From sequence record ON528742: a DNA stretch of 64,000 nt. One strand, written 5' to 3'. Position 1 is the first letter of the stretch, and every line of letters starts with the position of its first letter. Positions 27,061 through 35,243 of the stretch are shown here, in pieces. The position numbers and the translations under genes are program-made. A model generated the notes under the pieces. That model made no database searches. It had not been told where the DNA came from and worked only from the letters and a program-made list of their open reading frames with translations. This DNA is from Shigella phage ESh32.

Positions 27061-28263
27061 ATGAAAGTATGTATTTTTATGGCTCGAGGTCTTGAAGGTT
27101 GTGGTGTAACAAAATTCTCACTCGAGCAACGTGATTGGTTTATTAAAAATGGTCATGAAGTGACTTTGGTTTATGCTAAAGATAAATCATTTACTCGTAA
27201 TTGCGCGCATGATTATAAATCATTTTCAATTCCGGTTTTATTGGCAAAAGAATACGATAAAACACTTAAGCTGGTAAATGATTGTGATATTCTAATTATC
27301 AATTCAGTTCCTGCTACTTCGGTTGAAGAAGACACTATTAATAACTATAAAAAAATTATTGATAACATTAAACCTTCTGTTCGTGTTGTAGTTTATCAGC
27401 ATGACCATTCTTCTCTTTCTTTGCGTCGAAATTTGGGATTAGAAGAAACTGTTCGTCGAGCTGATGTTATTTTTAGCCATTCTGATAATGGTGATTTTAA
27501 TAAAGTTCTGATGAAAGAATGGTATCCTGAAACAGTTTCTCTGTTTGATGATATTGAAGAAGCACCGACCGTATATAACTTTCAGCCTCCTATGGATATT
27601 GCGAAAGTTCGATCAACCTATTGGAAAGATGTTTCTGAAATTAATATGAATATCAACCGTTGGATTGGTCGTACGACTACATGGAAAGGTTTTTATCAGA
27701 TGTTTGATTTTCACGAAAAACATCTTAAACCTGCAGGACTAAGTACTATTATGGAAGGTCTGGAACGTTCTCCAGCGTTCATTCCTATTAAAGAAAAAGG
27801 AATTCCATACGAGTATTATCGTCTTCATCAAGTAGACCAAATTAAAATTGCTCCTAATTTGCCAACGCAAATTCTTGACCGTTATGTAAATAGCGAAATG
27901 CTTGAACGTATGAGTAAATCCGGTTTTGGTTATCAGTTGAGTAAGTTGGATAAAAAATATCTACAGCGCTCTTTAGAATATACTCATCTCGAGCTTGGTG
28001 CATGTGGAACAATTCCGGTATTTTGGAAATCTACTGGCGAAAATTTAAAATTCCGTGTTGATAATACTCCTTTGACCTCGCATGATAGCGGTATCATTTG
28101 GTTTGATGAAAATGATATGGAATCAACATTTGAACGTATTAAAGAACTGTCATCTGACCGAGCTCTTTATGACCGTGAGCGAGAAAAAGCATATGAATTT
28201 TTGTATCAGCACCAAGATTCAAGCTTCTGCTTTAAAGAACAGTTTGACATTATTACAAAATAA
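27061..28263 (+). CDS. a-gt: DNA alpha-glucosyltransferase
   Basis: 400 aa; matches remembered T4 alpha-gt (CIFMARGLEGCGVTKFSLEQRDWFIKNGHEVTLVYAKDKSF...). Confidence 0.9.
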   Translation: MKVCIFMARGLEGCGVTKFSLEQRDWFIKNGHEVTLVYAKDKSFTRNCAHDYKSFSIPVLLAKEYDKTLKLVNDCDILIINSVPATSVEEDTINNYKKIIDNIKPSVRVVVYQHDHSSLSLRRNLGLEETVRRADVIFSHSDNGDFNKVLMKEWYPETVSLFDDIEEAPTVYNFQPPMDIAKVRSTYWKDVSEINMNINRWIGRTTTWKGFYQMFDFHEKHLKPAGLSTIMEGLERSPAFIPIKEKGIPYEYYRLHQVDQIKIAPNLPTQILDRYVNSEMLERMSKSGFGYQLSKLDKKYLQRSLEYTHLELGACGTIPVFWKSTGENLKFRVDNTPLTSHDSGIIWFDENDMESTFERIKELSSDRALYDREREKAYEFLYQHQDSSFCFKEQFDIITK

Positions 28264-28280
28264 AGGGCTTCGGCCCTTTA
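28263..28280 (+). terminator. UUCG-loop hairpin terminator
   Basis: aagggcttcggccctt directly after alpha-gt stop. Confidence 0.6.
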
Positions 28281-28302
28281 GCTTTATACGGAGTTTGATA
28301 TA

Positions 28303-28443
28303 ATGATATTTCTTGGATATGTGATACTTTTTCTTGCATTTTATCTATTCACTAGAGCATGTTGGATTGGGTTCTTTAGCACACCAGATGGGTTTATTTC
28401 AATAATTTTATTTTGCATTTCAATGACGGTTCTTGATATATGA
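28303..28443 (+). CDS. possible small membrane peptide
   Basis: 46 codons read from sequence, hydrophobic; ATGA overlap with gene 47 start. Confidence 0.35.
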   Translation: MIFLGYVILFLAFYLFTRACWIGFFSTPDGFISIILFCISMTVLDI

Positions 28444-29459
28444 AAATTTTAAATTTAGGTGATTGGCATTTAGGCGTTAAAGCTGATGATGAGTGGGTTC
28501 AATCCATTCAGTTGGATGGAATTAAACAAGCGATAGAATATTCTAAGAAAAATGGAATTACTACATGGATTCAATATGGTGATATTTTTGATGTGCGAAA
28601 AGCAATCACACATAAAACTATGGAGTTCGCTCGTGAAATAGTTCAAATGCTTGATGATGCTGGTATTACACTGCATACTGTTGTAGGAAACCATGATATG
28701 CACTTTAAAAATACTTTAACTCCAAATGCCTCTACTGAGCTTTTGGCTAAATATCCTAATGTTAAAGTATATGATAAGCCTACTACAGTAGATTTTGACG
28801 GATGTTTAATTGATTTGATTCCTTGGATGTGTGAAGAAAATACTGGTGAAATTCTCGAGCACATAAAAACTTCTTCTGCTTCTTTTTGTGTTGGTCACTG
28901 GGAACTGAATGGATTTTATTTTTATAAAGGAATGAAATCTCACGGTCTTGAACCCGATTTCCTTAAGACTTATAAAGAAGTGTGGTCTGGTCACTTCCAT
29001 ACTATTTCTGAGGCTGCAAACGTCAGATATATTGGGACACCATGGACACTAACTGCAGGTGACGAGAATGACCCTCGTGGGTTCTGGATGTTTGATACAG
29101 AAACAGAACGAATGGAATTTATTCCAAACAATACTACCTGGCATCGTAGAATTCATTATCCATTTAAAGGAAAAATTGACTATAAAGATTTTACAAATCT
29201 ATCAGTACGTGTTATAGTAACTGAAGTAGACAAAAATCTGACGAAGTTCGAATCTGAACTAGAAAAAGTTGTGCATTCATTACGAGTTGTGTCAAAAATT
29301 GATAACTCTGTCGAGTCAGATGACAGTGAAGAAGTTGAAGTTCAATCTCTTCAGACGTTAATGGAAGAATACATTAATGCAATTCCAGACATCACTGATT
29401 CTGACCGTGAAGCACTTATTCAATATGCGAATCAGCTATATGTAGAGGCAACACAATGA
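28440..29459 (+). CDS. 47: recombination endonuclease subunit gp47 (Mre11-like)
   Basis: N-terminal phosphoesterase motifs LNLGDWHLG, GDIFD, GNHD; 339 aa. Confidence 0.9.
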   Translation: MKILNLGDWHLGVKADDEWVQSIQLDGIKQAIEYSKKNGITTWIQYGDIFDVRKAITHKTMEFAREIVQMLDDAGITLHTVVGNHDMHFKNTLTPNASTELLAKYPNVKVYDKPTTVDFDGCLIDLIPWMCEENTGEILEHIKTSSASFCVGHWELNGFYFYKGMKSHGLEPDFLKTYKEVWSGHFHTISEAANVRYIGTPWTLTAGDENDPRGFWMFDTETERMEFIPNNTTWHRRIHYPFKGKIDYKDFTNLSVRVIVTEVDKNLTKFESELEKVVHSLRVVSKIDNSVESDDSEEVEVQSLQTLMEEYINAIPDITDSDREALIQYANQLYVEATQ

Positions 29460-29719
29460 CTTTTGATGAATTTAAAAATGTTATGATGAGTCAGCATTTT
29501 GAATGCGAAGTAAAAGATGATATTGGGCATAAAGAAATTATTGAATATTGGTTTGAACCACTAGAAGTTGAAGATAATTGTATTAAAAAAGTTACGGTCT
29601 GCACTGATTGGGCTGTATCTTTTAACTTCAACATTTTAGATAATGACACACCTAAATCATTACAAGATATGGCTGTATCTTGTATTAAGGATGCATACTG
29701 TGAAGTTTTCGACATTTGA
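29456..29719 (+). CDS. hypothetical protein
   Basis: 87-aa ORF, ATGA overlap. Confidence 0.5.
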   Translation: MTFDEFKNVMMSQHFECEVKDDIGHKEIIEYWFEPLEVEDNCIKKVTVCTDWAVSFNFNILDNDTPKSLQDMAVSCIKDAYCEVFDI

Positions 29720-29906
29720 CATTAATGATGAATTCATAGCAAATATTGATTATACCGAAGAAGATTCTAGATATGTTGGAATAATTTATATCACATCAAA
29801 AGCAGCACAAGGTGTTGTTTGCATGGCTGAATTTGATGAATACTTTTTAGATTATGATGATATGATAGAATGGTCTAAAAGATACATTAAAAGGAATCTT
29901 TTGTGA
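29691..29906 (+). CDS. hypothetical protein (start uncertain)
   Basis: ORF 29643..29906; ATG 29691 or GTG 29700. Confidence 0.4.
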   Translation: MHTVKFSTFDINDEFIANIDYTEEDSRYVGIIYITSKAAQGVVCMAEFDEYFLDYDDMIEWSKRYIKRNLL

Positions 29907-31585
29907 AGAATTTTAAACTAAACCGAGTTAGGTATCAAAATATAATGTCAGTAGGTGGAAATCCTATTGACATTCAACTAGATAAGGTTCAAAAAACTCT
30001 TATTACCGGGCGAAATGGTGGTGGTAAGTCTACTATGTTAGAAGCCATCACATTTGGGCTTTTTGGCAAGCCATTTCGTGATGTAAAGAAAGGTCAATTA
30101 ATAAACAGCACAAATAAGAAAGAACTTTTAGTTGAACTGTGGATGGAATATGATGAGAAAAAGTACTATATCAAAAGAGGACAAAAACCAAACGTTTTCG
30201 AAATCACCGTTAACGGTACACGTCTTAATGAATCTGCCAGCAGTAAAGATTTCCAAGCAGAATTTGAACAGCTTATCGGAATGTCATATGCCAGTTTCAA
30301 GCAGATTGTTGTCCTTGGTACAGCAGGGTATACCCCTTTCATGGGTTTGTCGACCCCTGCACGAAGAAAGCTTGTGGAAGACCTGCTTGAGGTAGGAACA
30401 TTAGCTGAAATGGATAAGCTTAATAAAGCGCTAATACGTGAATTAAATTCACAAAACCAAGTGCTTGATGTTAAAAAAGATAGTATTATCCAACAAATTA
30501 AAATATATAATGATAACGTTGAACGCCAGAAAAAATTGTCTGGTGACAATCTTACTCGTCTGCAGAATATGTACGATGATTTGGCAAAAGAAGCTAGAAC
30601 GCTAAAATCGGAAATAGAAGAAGCTAATGAAAGATTAGTTAATATTGTTTTAGACGAAGACCCGACTGATGCATTTAATAAAATCGGTCAAGAAGCAGTT
30701 TTAATTAAATCAAAAATTGACTCGTATAATAAAGTCATTAATATGTATCACGAAGGTGGATTATGTCCAACCTGCTTGTCACAATTAAGTTCCGGTGATA
30801 AAGTTGTTTCTAAAATTAAAGATAAAGTTTCTGAATGTACGCATTCGTTTGAACAGCTTTCAACGCACCGTGATAATTTAAAAGTTCTTGTTGATGAATA
30901 CCGAGATAATATTAAAACACAGCAGTCGTTGGCAAATGATATTCGCAATAAAAAGCAATCTCTAATCACGACGGTAGATAAAGCTAAAAAGGTTAAAGCA
31001 GCTATAGAAAAAGCATCTTCTGAGTTTATTGACCATGCTGATGAAATAGCACTGCTTCAAGAAGAACTTGATAAAATTGTTAAGACAAAAACTAATTTAG
31101 TAATGGAAAAATACCACCGAGGAATTTTGACTGATATGCTCAAAGATTCTGGTATTAAAGGTGCTATTATTAAAAAGTACATTCCATTATTTAATAAGCA
31201 GATTAACCATTATCTTAAAATAATGGAAGCGGATTATGTGTTTACATTAGATGAAGAATTTAATGAGACAATTAAATCCCGTGGTCGCGAAGATTTTAGT
31301 TATGCTTCATTTAGTGAAGGTGAAAAAGCAAGAATTGATATTGCTCTTTTATTTACTTGGCGTGATATTGCTTCTATTGTATCTGGTGTTAGTATTAGTA
31401 CATTAATACTCGATGAAGTGTTTGATGGGTCATTTGATGCCGAAGGTATTAAAGGTGTAGCTAATATTATAAATTCAATGAAAAACACTAATGTTTTTAT
31501 AATTTCGCATAAAGACCATGACCCGCAAGAATATGGTCAGCATCTTCAAATGAAGAAAGTTGGTCGATTTACTGTAATGGTTTAA
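29903..31585 (+). CDS. 46: recombination endonuclease subunit gp46 (Rad50/SbcC-like ATPase), GTG start
   Basis: Walker A GRNGGGKST; coiled-coil middle with CPTC zinc hook; 560 aa. Confidence 0.9.
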   Translation: MKNFKLNRVRYQNIMSVGGNPIDIQLDKVQKTLITGRNGGGKSTMLEAITFGLFGKPFRDVKKGQLINSTNKKELLVELWMEYDEKKYYIKRGQKPNVFEITVNGTRLNESASSKDFQAEFEQLIGMSYASFKQIVVLGTAGYTPFMGLSTPARRKLVEDLLEVGTLAEMDKLNKALIRELNSQNQVLDVKKDSIIQQIKIYNDNVERQKKLSGDNLTRLQNMYDDLAKEARTLKSEIEEANERLVNIVLDEDPTDAFNKIGQEAVLIKSKIDSYNKVINMYHEGGLCPTCLSQLSSGDKVVSKIKDKVSECTHSFEQLSTHRDNLKVLVDEYRDNIKTQQSLANDIRNKKQSLITTVDKAKKVKAAIEKASSEFIDHADEIALLQEELDKIVKTKTNLVMEKYHRGILTDMLKDSGIKGAIIKKYIPLFNKQINHYLKIMEADYVFTLDEEFNETIKSRGREDFSYASFSEGEKARIDIALLFTWRDIASIVSGVSISTLILDEVFDGSFDAEGIKGVANIINSMKNTNVFIISHKDHDPQEYGQHLQMKKVGRFTVMV

Positions 31586-31599
31586 TTTATAAGAGATTA

Positions 31600-31623
31600 T
31601 GCTTTAATTTATTAGAGTATAAT
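31600..31623 (+). promoter_or_regulatory. candidate MotA-dependent middle promoter inside a 9-bp inverted repeat
   Basis: TGCTTTA, 11 nt, TATAAT; flanked by agagattat / ataatctct. Confidence 0.5.
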
Positions 31624-31640
31624 CTCTATGGAGGAAAAAC

Positions 31641-31829
31641 ATGGAATATTCAACTGGACAGCATCTATTAACTATTCCTGAAATAAAACGATATATTCTG
31701 AGAAATAATTTTTCTAATGAAGAGCATATAGTTACTGAATCTATGCTTAGGAATGCATTTAAAGCAGAATATACAAAAATAATGTCCAATAGAAATGAAG
31801 CTTGGACTGTTACTGATTATTATGACTAA
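31641..31829 (+). CDS. hypothetical protein
   Basis: 62-aa ORF; GGAGGA RBS. Confidence 0.5.
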   Translation: MEYSTGQHLLTIPEIKRYILRNNFSNEEHIVTESMLRNAFKAEYTKIMSNRNEAWTVTDYYD

Positions 31830-31838
31830 AGGTGTATT

Positions 31839-32228
31839 ATGACTAAAATTACTGTGAATTATACTGTTGATGTAAAAGATATTCAGCCAAAACACGTGCG
31901 TTCTGAATCAAATCCACAAAACCAAAATAAAATTCGTCGAGCATGGGTTTTGTCTCTTTCTGATAACGCAATGGAAGTTATTCAGAACAAAATTAAATCT
32001 GCACCTGCTCGTCATGCGTATTATGAAGCTATCGATCGTGAAGTAAGTAATAAATGGATTGAACTAATGCGCAAACATACTGCAGAATCCCTAAACGCCG
32101 GTGCTAAATTTATTATGACTTCATGTGGTGAACGCCTTGAAGATGATTATTGCGGTAATGCAGATGAACGCCTAATTGTTGCTGCTCAAATTGTTGCGGA
32201 AACAATTGCGGCTGATTTTAATCGTTAA
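31839..32228 (+). CDS. rpbA: RNA polymerase-binding protein RpbA
   Basis: 129 aa; position between 46 and 45; matches remembered T4 RpbA. Confidence 0.75.
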   Translation: MTKITVNYTVDVKDIQPKHVRSESNPQNQNKIRRAWVLSLSDNAMEVIQNKIKSAPARHAYYEAIDREVSNKWIELMRKHTAESLNAGAKFIMTSCGERLEDDYCGNADERLIVAAQIVAETIAADFNR

Positions 32229-32229
32229 T

Positions 32230-32254
32230 TGCTTTATTAAATTAGTTATAAAAT
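32230..32254 (+). promoter_or_regulatory. candidate MotA-dependent middle promoter for gene 45
   Basis: TGCTTTA box about 10 nt upstream of TATAAAAT. Confidence 0.45.
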
Positions 32255-32283
32255 TAAATCTCATTTGAATTGAAGGAAATTAC

Positions 32284-32970
32284 ATGAAACTGTCTAAAGA
32301 TACACTGAATATTTTGAAAAATTTCGCTACTATTAACTCCGGTATTATGCTTAAATCCGGTCAATTTATTATGACTCGCGCAGTTAATGGTACAACTTAT
32401 GCGGAAGCAAATATTTCTGACGTTATTGATTTTGATGTAGCAATTTACGATTTGAACGGTTTTCTCGGTATTCTGTCTCTAGTTAATGATGATGCAGAAA
32501 TTTCCCAGTCAGAAGATGGAAATATTAAAATTGCTGATGCTCGCTCAACAATTTTTTGGCCAGCAGCCGATCCGAGTACAGTAGTTGCTCCTAATAAACC
32601 AATTCCATTCCCGGTAGCATCTGTTGTTACTGAAATTAAAGCTGAAGACCTTCAACAGCTGTTGCGTGTATCTCGTGGTCTGCAAATTGATACAATTGCT
32701 ATCACGGTAAAAGAAGGTAAAATCGTAATTAACGGTTTTAATAAAGTAGAAGATTCTGCTTTGACTCGTGTTAAATATTCTTTGACTCTTGGTGATTATG
32801 ATGGTGAAAATACATTTAATTTCATTATCAATATGGCAAATATGAAAATGCAACCAGGAAATTATAAACTTCTGCTCTGGGCAAAAGGTAAACAAGGTGC
32901 TGCTAAATTTGAAGGTGAACACGCGAATTATGTAGTAGCTCTTGAAGCTGATTCTACCCACGATTTTTAA
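32284..32970 (+). CDS. 45: sliding clamp gp45
   Basis: 228 aa; matches remembered T4 gp45. Confidence 0.9.
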   Translation: MKLSKDTLNILKNFATINSGIMLKSGQFIMTRAVNGTTYAEANISDVIDFDVAIYDLNGFLGILSLVNDDAEISQSEDGNIKIADARSTIFWPAADPSTVVAPNKPIPFPVASVVTEIKAEDLQQLLRVSRGLQIDTIAITVKEGKIVINGFNKVEDSALTRVKYSLTLGDYDGENTFNFIINMANMKMQPGNYKLLLWAKGKQGAAKFEGEHANYVVALEADSTHDF

Positions 32971-32973
32971 TAG

Positions 32974-32990
32974 AGGGCTTCGGCCCTTTA
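32974..32990 (+). terminator. UUCG-loop hairpin (terminator or attenuator)
   Basis: agggcttcggccct followed by ttataattt. Confidence 0.5.
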
Positions 32991-33021
32991 TAATTTACAC
33001 TAAAACTTGAATGAGGAAATT

Positions 33022-33981
33022 ATGATTACCGTAAATGAAAAAGAACACATTCTTGAACAGAAATATCGTCCATCTACTATCGATGAATGTATTCTTCCCG
33101 CCTTTGATAAAGAAACCTTTAAATCTATTACAAGTAAAGGTAAGATTCCACATATTATTCTTCATTCTCCTTCTCCAGGAACAGGTAAAACAACTGTAGC
33201 AAAAGCATTGTGTCATGATGTAAATGCTGATATGATGTTTGTGAATGGATCAGATTGTAAAATTGATTTCGTTCGTGGTCCTTTGACTAATTTTGCCAGT
33301 GCAGCTTCATTTGATGGTCGTCAAAAAGTAATCGTTATTGATGAATTTGACCGCTCAGGTTTAGCAGAATCTCAGCGACATCTTCGTTCCTTTATGGAAG
33401 CTTATAGTTCAAACTGTAGTATTATTATTACTGCTAACAATATTGATGGTATTATTAAACCGCTTCAGTCACGCTGCCGAGTTATTACATTCGGTCAACC
33501 GACCGATGAAGATAAAATTGAAATGATGAAGCAGATGATTCGTCGATTGACTGAAATCTGCAAGCATGAAGGAATTGCTATAGCTGATATGAAAGTTGTA
33601 GCAGCTTTGGTTAAAAAGAATTTTCCTGATTTTCGTAAAACTATTGGCGAGCTCGATAGTTATTCATCTAAAGGTGTTTTGGATGCTGGTATTTTATCAC
33701 TGGTTACTAACGATCGTGGTGCTATTGATGATGTTCTTGAGTCTCTCAAAAATAAAGATGTTAAACAACTCAGAGCTTTAGCACCAAAATATGCAGCTGA
33801 TTATTCGTGGTTCGTGGGTAAACTTGCCGAAGAAATCTATTCACGTGTAACTCCACAAAGTATTATTCGTATGTACGAAATTGTTGGTGAAAATAATCAG
33901 TATCATGGTATTGCAGCTAACACTGAATTACATTTAGCTTATCTTTTCATTCAATTAGCATGTGAAATGCAGTGGAAGTGA
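33022..33981 (+). CDS. 44: clamp loader large subunit gp44 (AAA+)
   Basis: Walker A SPGTGKTT; 319 aa from ATG at 33022 (track ORF 33007..33981). Confidence 0.9.
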
Positions 33982-33982
33982 T

Positions 33983-34546
33983 ATGAGCTTATTTGAAGAT
34001 GATATTCAATTAAACGAGCATCAAATTGCTTGGTATTCAAAAGATTGGACAGCTGTCCAATCCGCTGCTGATTCTTTTAAAGAAAAAGCTGAAAATGAGT
34101 TTTTTGAAATAATTGGAGCTATTAATAATAAAACTAAATGCTCTATTGCTCAAAAAGATTATTCAAAATTCATGGTTGAAAATGCATTATCACAATTTCC
34201 AGAGTGCATGCCAGCTGTATATGCTATGAATTTAATTGGATCAGGCTTAAGTGATGAAGCTCATTTTAATTATCTAATGGCTGCAGTTCCTCGTGGTAAA
34301 AGATATGGTAAATGGGCAAAACTAGTTGAAGATTCCACCGAAGTATTGATTATTAAGTTACTTGCTAAGCGGTATCAAGTTAATACAAATGATGCAATTA
34401 ACTATAAATCAATTCTTACTAAAAATGGAAAACTACCTTTAGTATTAAAAGAACTTAAAGGATTAGTCACGGATGATTTTTTGAAAGAAGTGACTAAGAA
34501 CGTAAAAGAACAGAAACAACTCAAAAAACTAGCATTGGAATGGTAA
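33983..34546 (+). CDS. 62: clamp loader small subunit gp62
   Basis: ORF 33962..34546; ATG at 33983 right after gp44 stop. Confidence 0.85.
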   Translation: MSLFEDDIQLNEHQIAWYSKDWTAVQSAADSFKEKAENEFFEIIGAINNKTKCSIAQKDYSKFMVENALSQFPECMPAVYAMNLIGSGLSDEAHFNYLMAAVPRGKRYGKWAKLVEDSTEVLIIKLLAKRYQVNTNDAINYKSILTKNGKLPLVLKELKGLVTDDFLKEVTKNVKEQKQLKKLALEW

Positions 34547-34547
34547 A

Positions 34548-34916
34548 ATGATTGAAATTACTCTTAAAAAACCTGAAGATTTTCTGAAAGTAAAAGAAAC
34601 TTTGACTCGTATGGGAATTGCTAATAATAAAGATAAAGTTCTGTATCAGTCCTGTCATATTCTTCAGAAAAAAGGACTATACTATATCGTTCATTTTAAA
34701 GAAATGCTTCGTATGGATGGCCGTCAAGTTGAAATGACAGAAGAAGATGAAGTTCGTCGTGATTCAATTGCATGGCTATTAGAAGATTGGGGACTGATTG
34801 AAATCGTCCCTGGTCAAAGAACTTTTATGAAAGATTTAACTAATAACTTCCGAGTTATTTCTTTTAAACAAAAACATGAATGGAAACTCGTTCCTAAATA
34901 TACGATTGGTAATTAA
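34548..34916 (+). CDS. regA: translational repressor RegA
   Basis: 122 aa; matches remembered T4 RegA. Confidence 0.9.
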   Translation: MIEITLKKPEDFLKVKETLTRMGIANNKDKVLYQSCHILQKKGLYYIVHFKEMLRMDGRQVEMTEEDEVRRDSIAWLLEDWGLIEIVPGQRTFMKDLTNNFRVISFKQKHEWKLVPKYTIGN

Positions 34917-34926
34917 GGTAAATTAT

Positions 34927-35163
34927 ATGACACAATCAGAGATTCAGTTTACCGAAGCTTTTCTAATATTCGAAAATCTAAAACAAGCATATGGTCTGTC
35001 TTCTACTCAACTGGTTTTTGACCTCCCGGAAGATAAACAAATAGAATTCCAAAAAGAATTCCAACGATTAGTTTACCCACGCCAACGCGCATTTCATGCG
35101 ATTATCAAAACCACAAATAAAGATGGCAAGTCCGTTATATCGCGTCGTACAATAGAAATTTAA
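34927..35163 (+). CDS. hypothetical protein
   Basis: ORF 34876..35163; ATG at 34927. Confidence 0.5.
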   Translation: MTQSEIQFTEAFLIFENLKQAYGLSSTQLVFDLPEDKQIEFQKEFQRLVYPRQRAFHAIIKTTNKDGKSVISRRTIEI

Positions 35164-35168
35164 AGCAA

Positions 35169-35187
35169 AGGGGCTTCGGCCCCTTAT
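35169..35187 (+). terminator. UUCG-loop hairpin
   Basis: aggggcttcggcccct. Confidence 0.5.
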
Positions 35188-35204
35188 TTGGAGTATAATA
35201 TATC

Positions 35205-35243
35205 AAGAGCCTAATAACTCGGGCTATAAACTAAGGAATATCT
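35205..35243 (+). promoter_or_regulatory. gene 43 translational operator (hairpin + RBS)
   Basis: agccu-aauaacuc-gggcu hairpin (5-bp stem, 8-nt loop) then AAGGA RBS and ATG at 35244. Confidence 0.6.

Noticed and set aside
32545-32961. 138-aa minus-strand ORF inside gene 45
   Set aside because: Fully overlaps the sliding clamp gene on the opposite strand; composition-driven.
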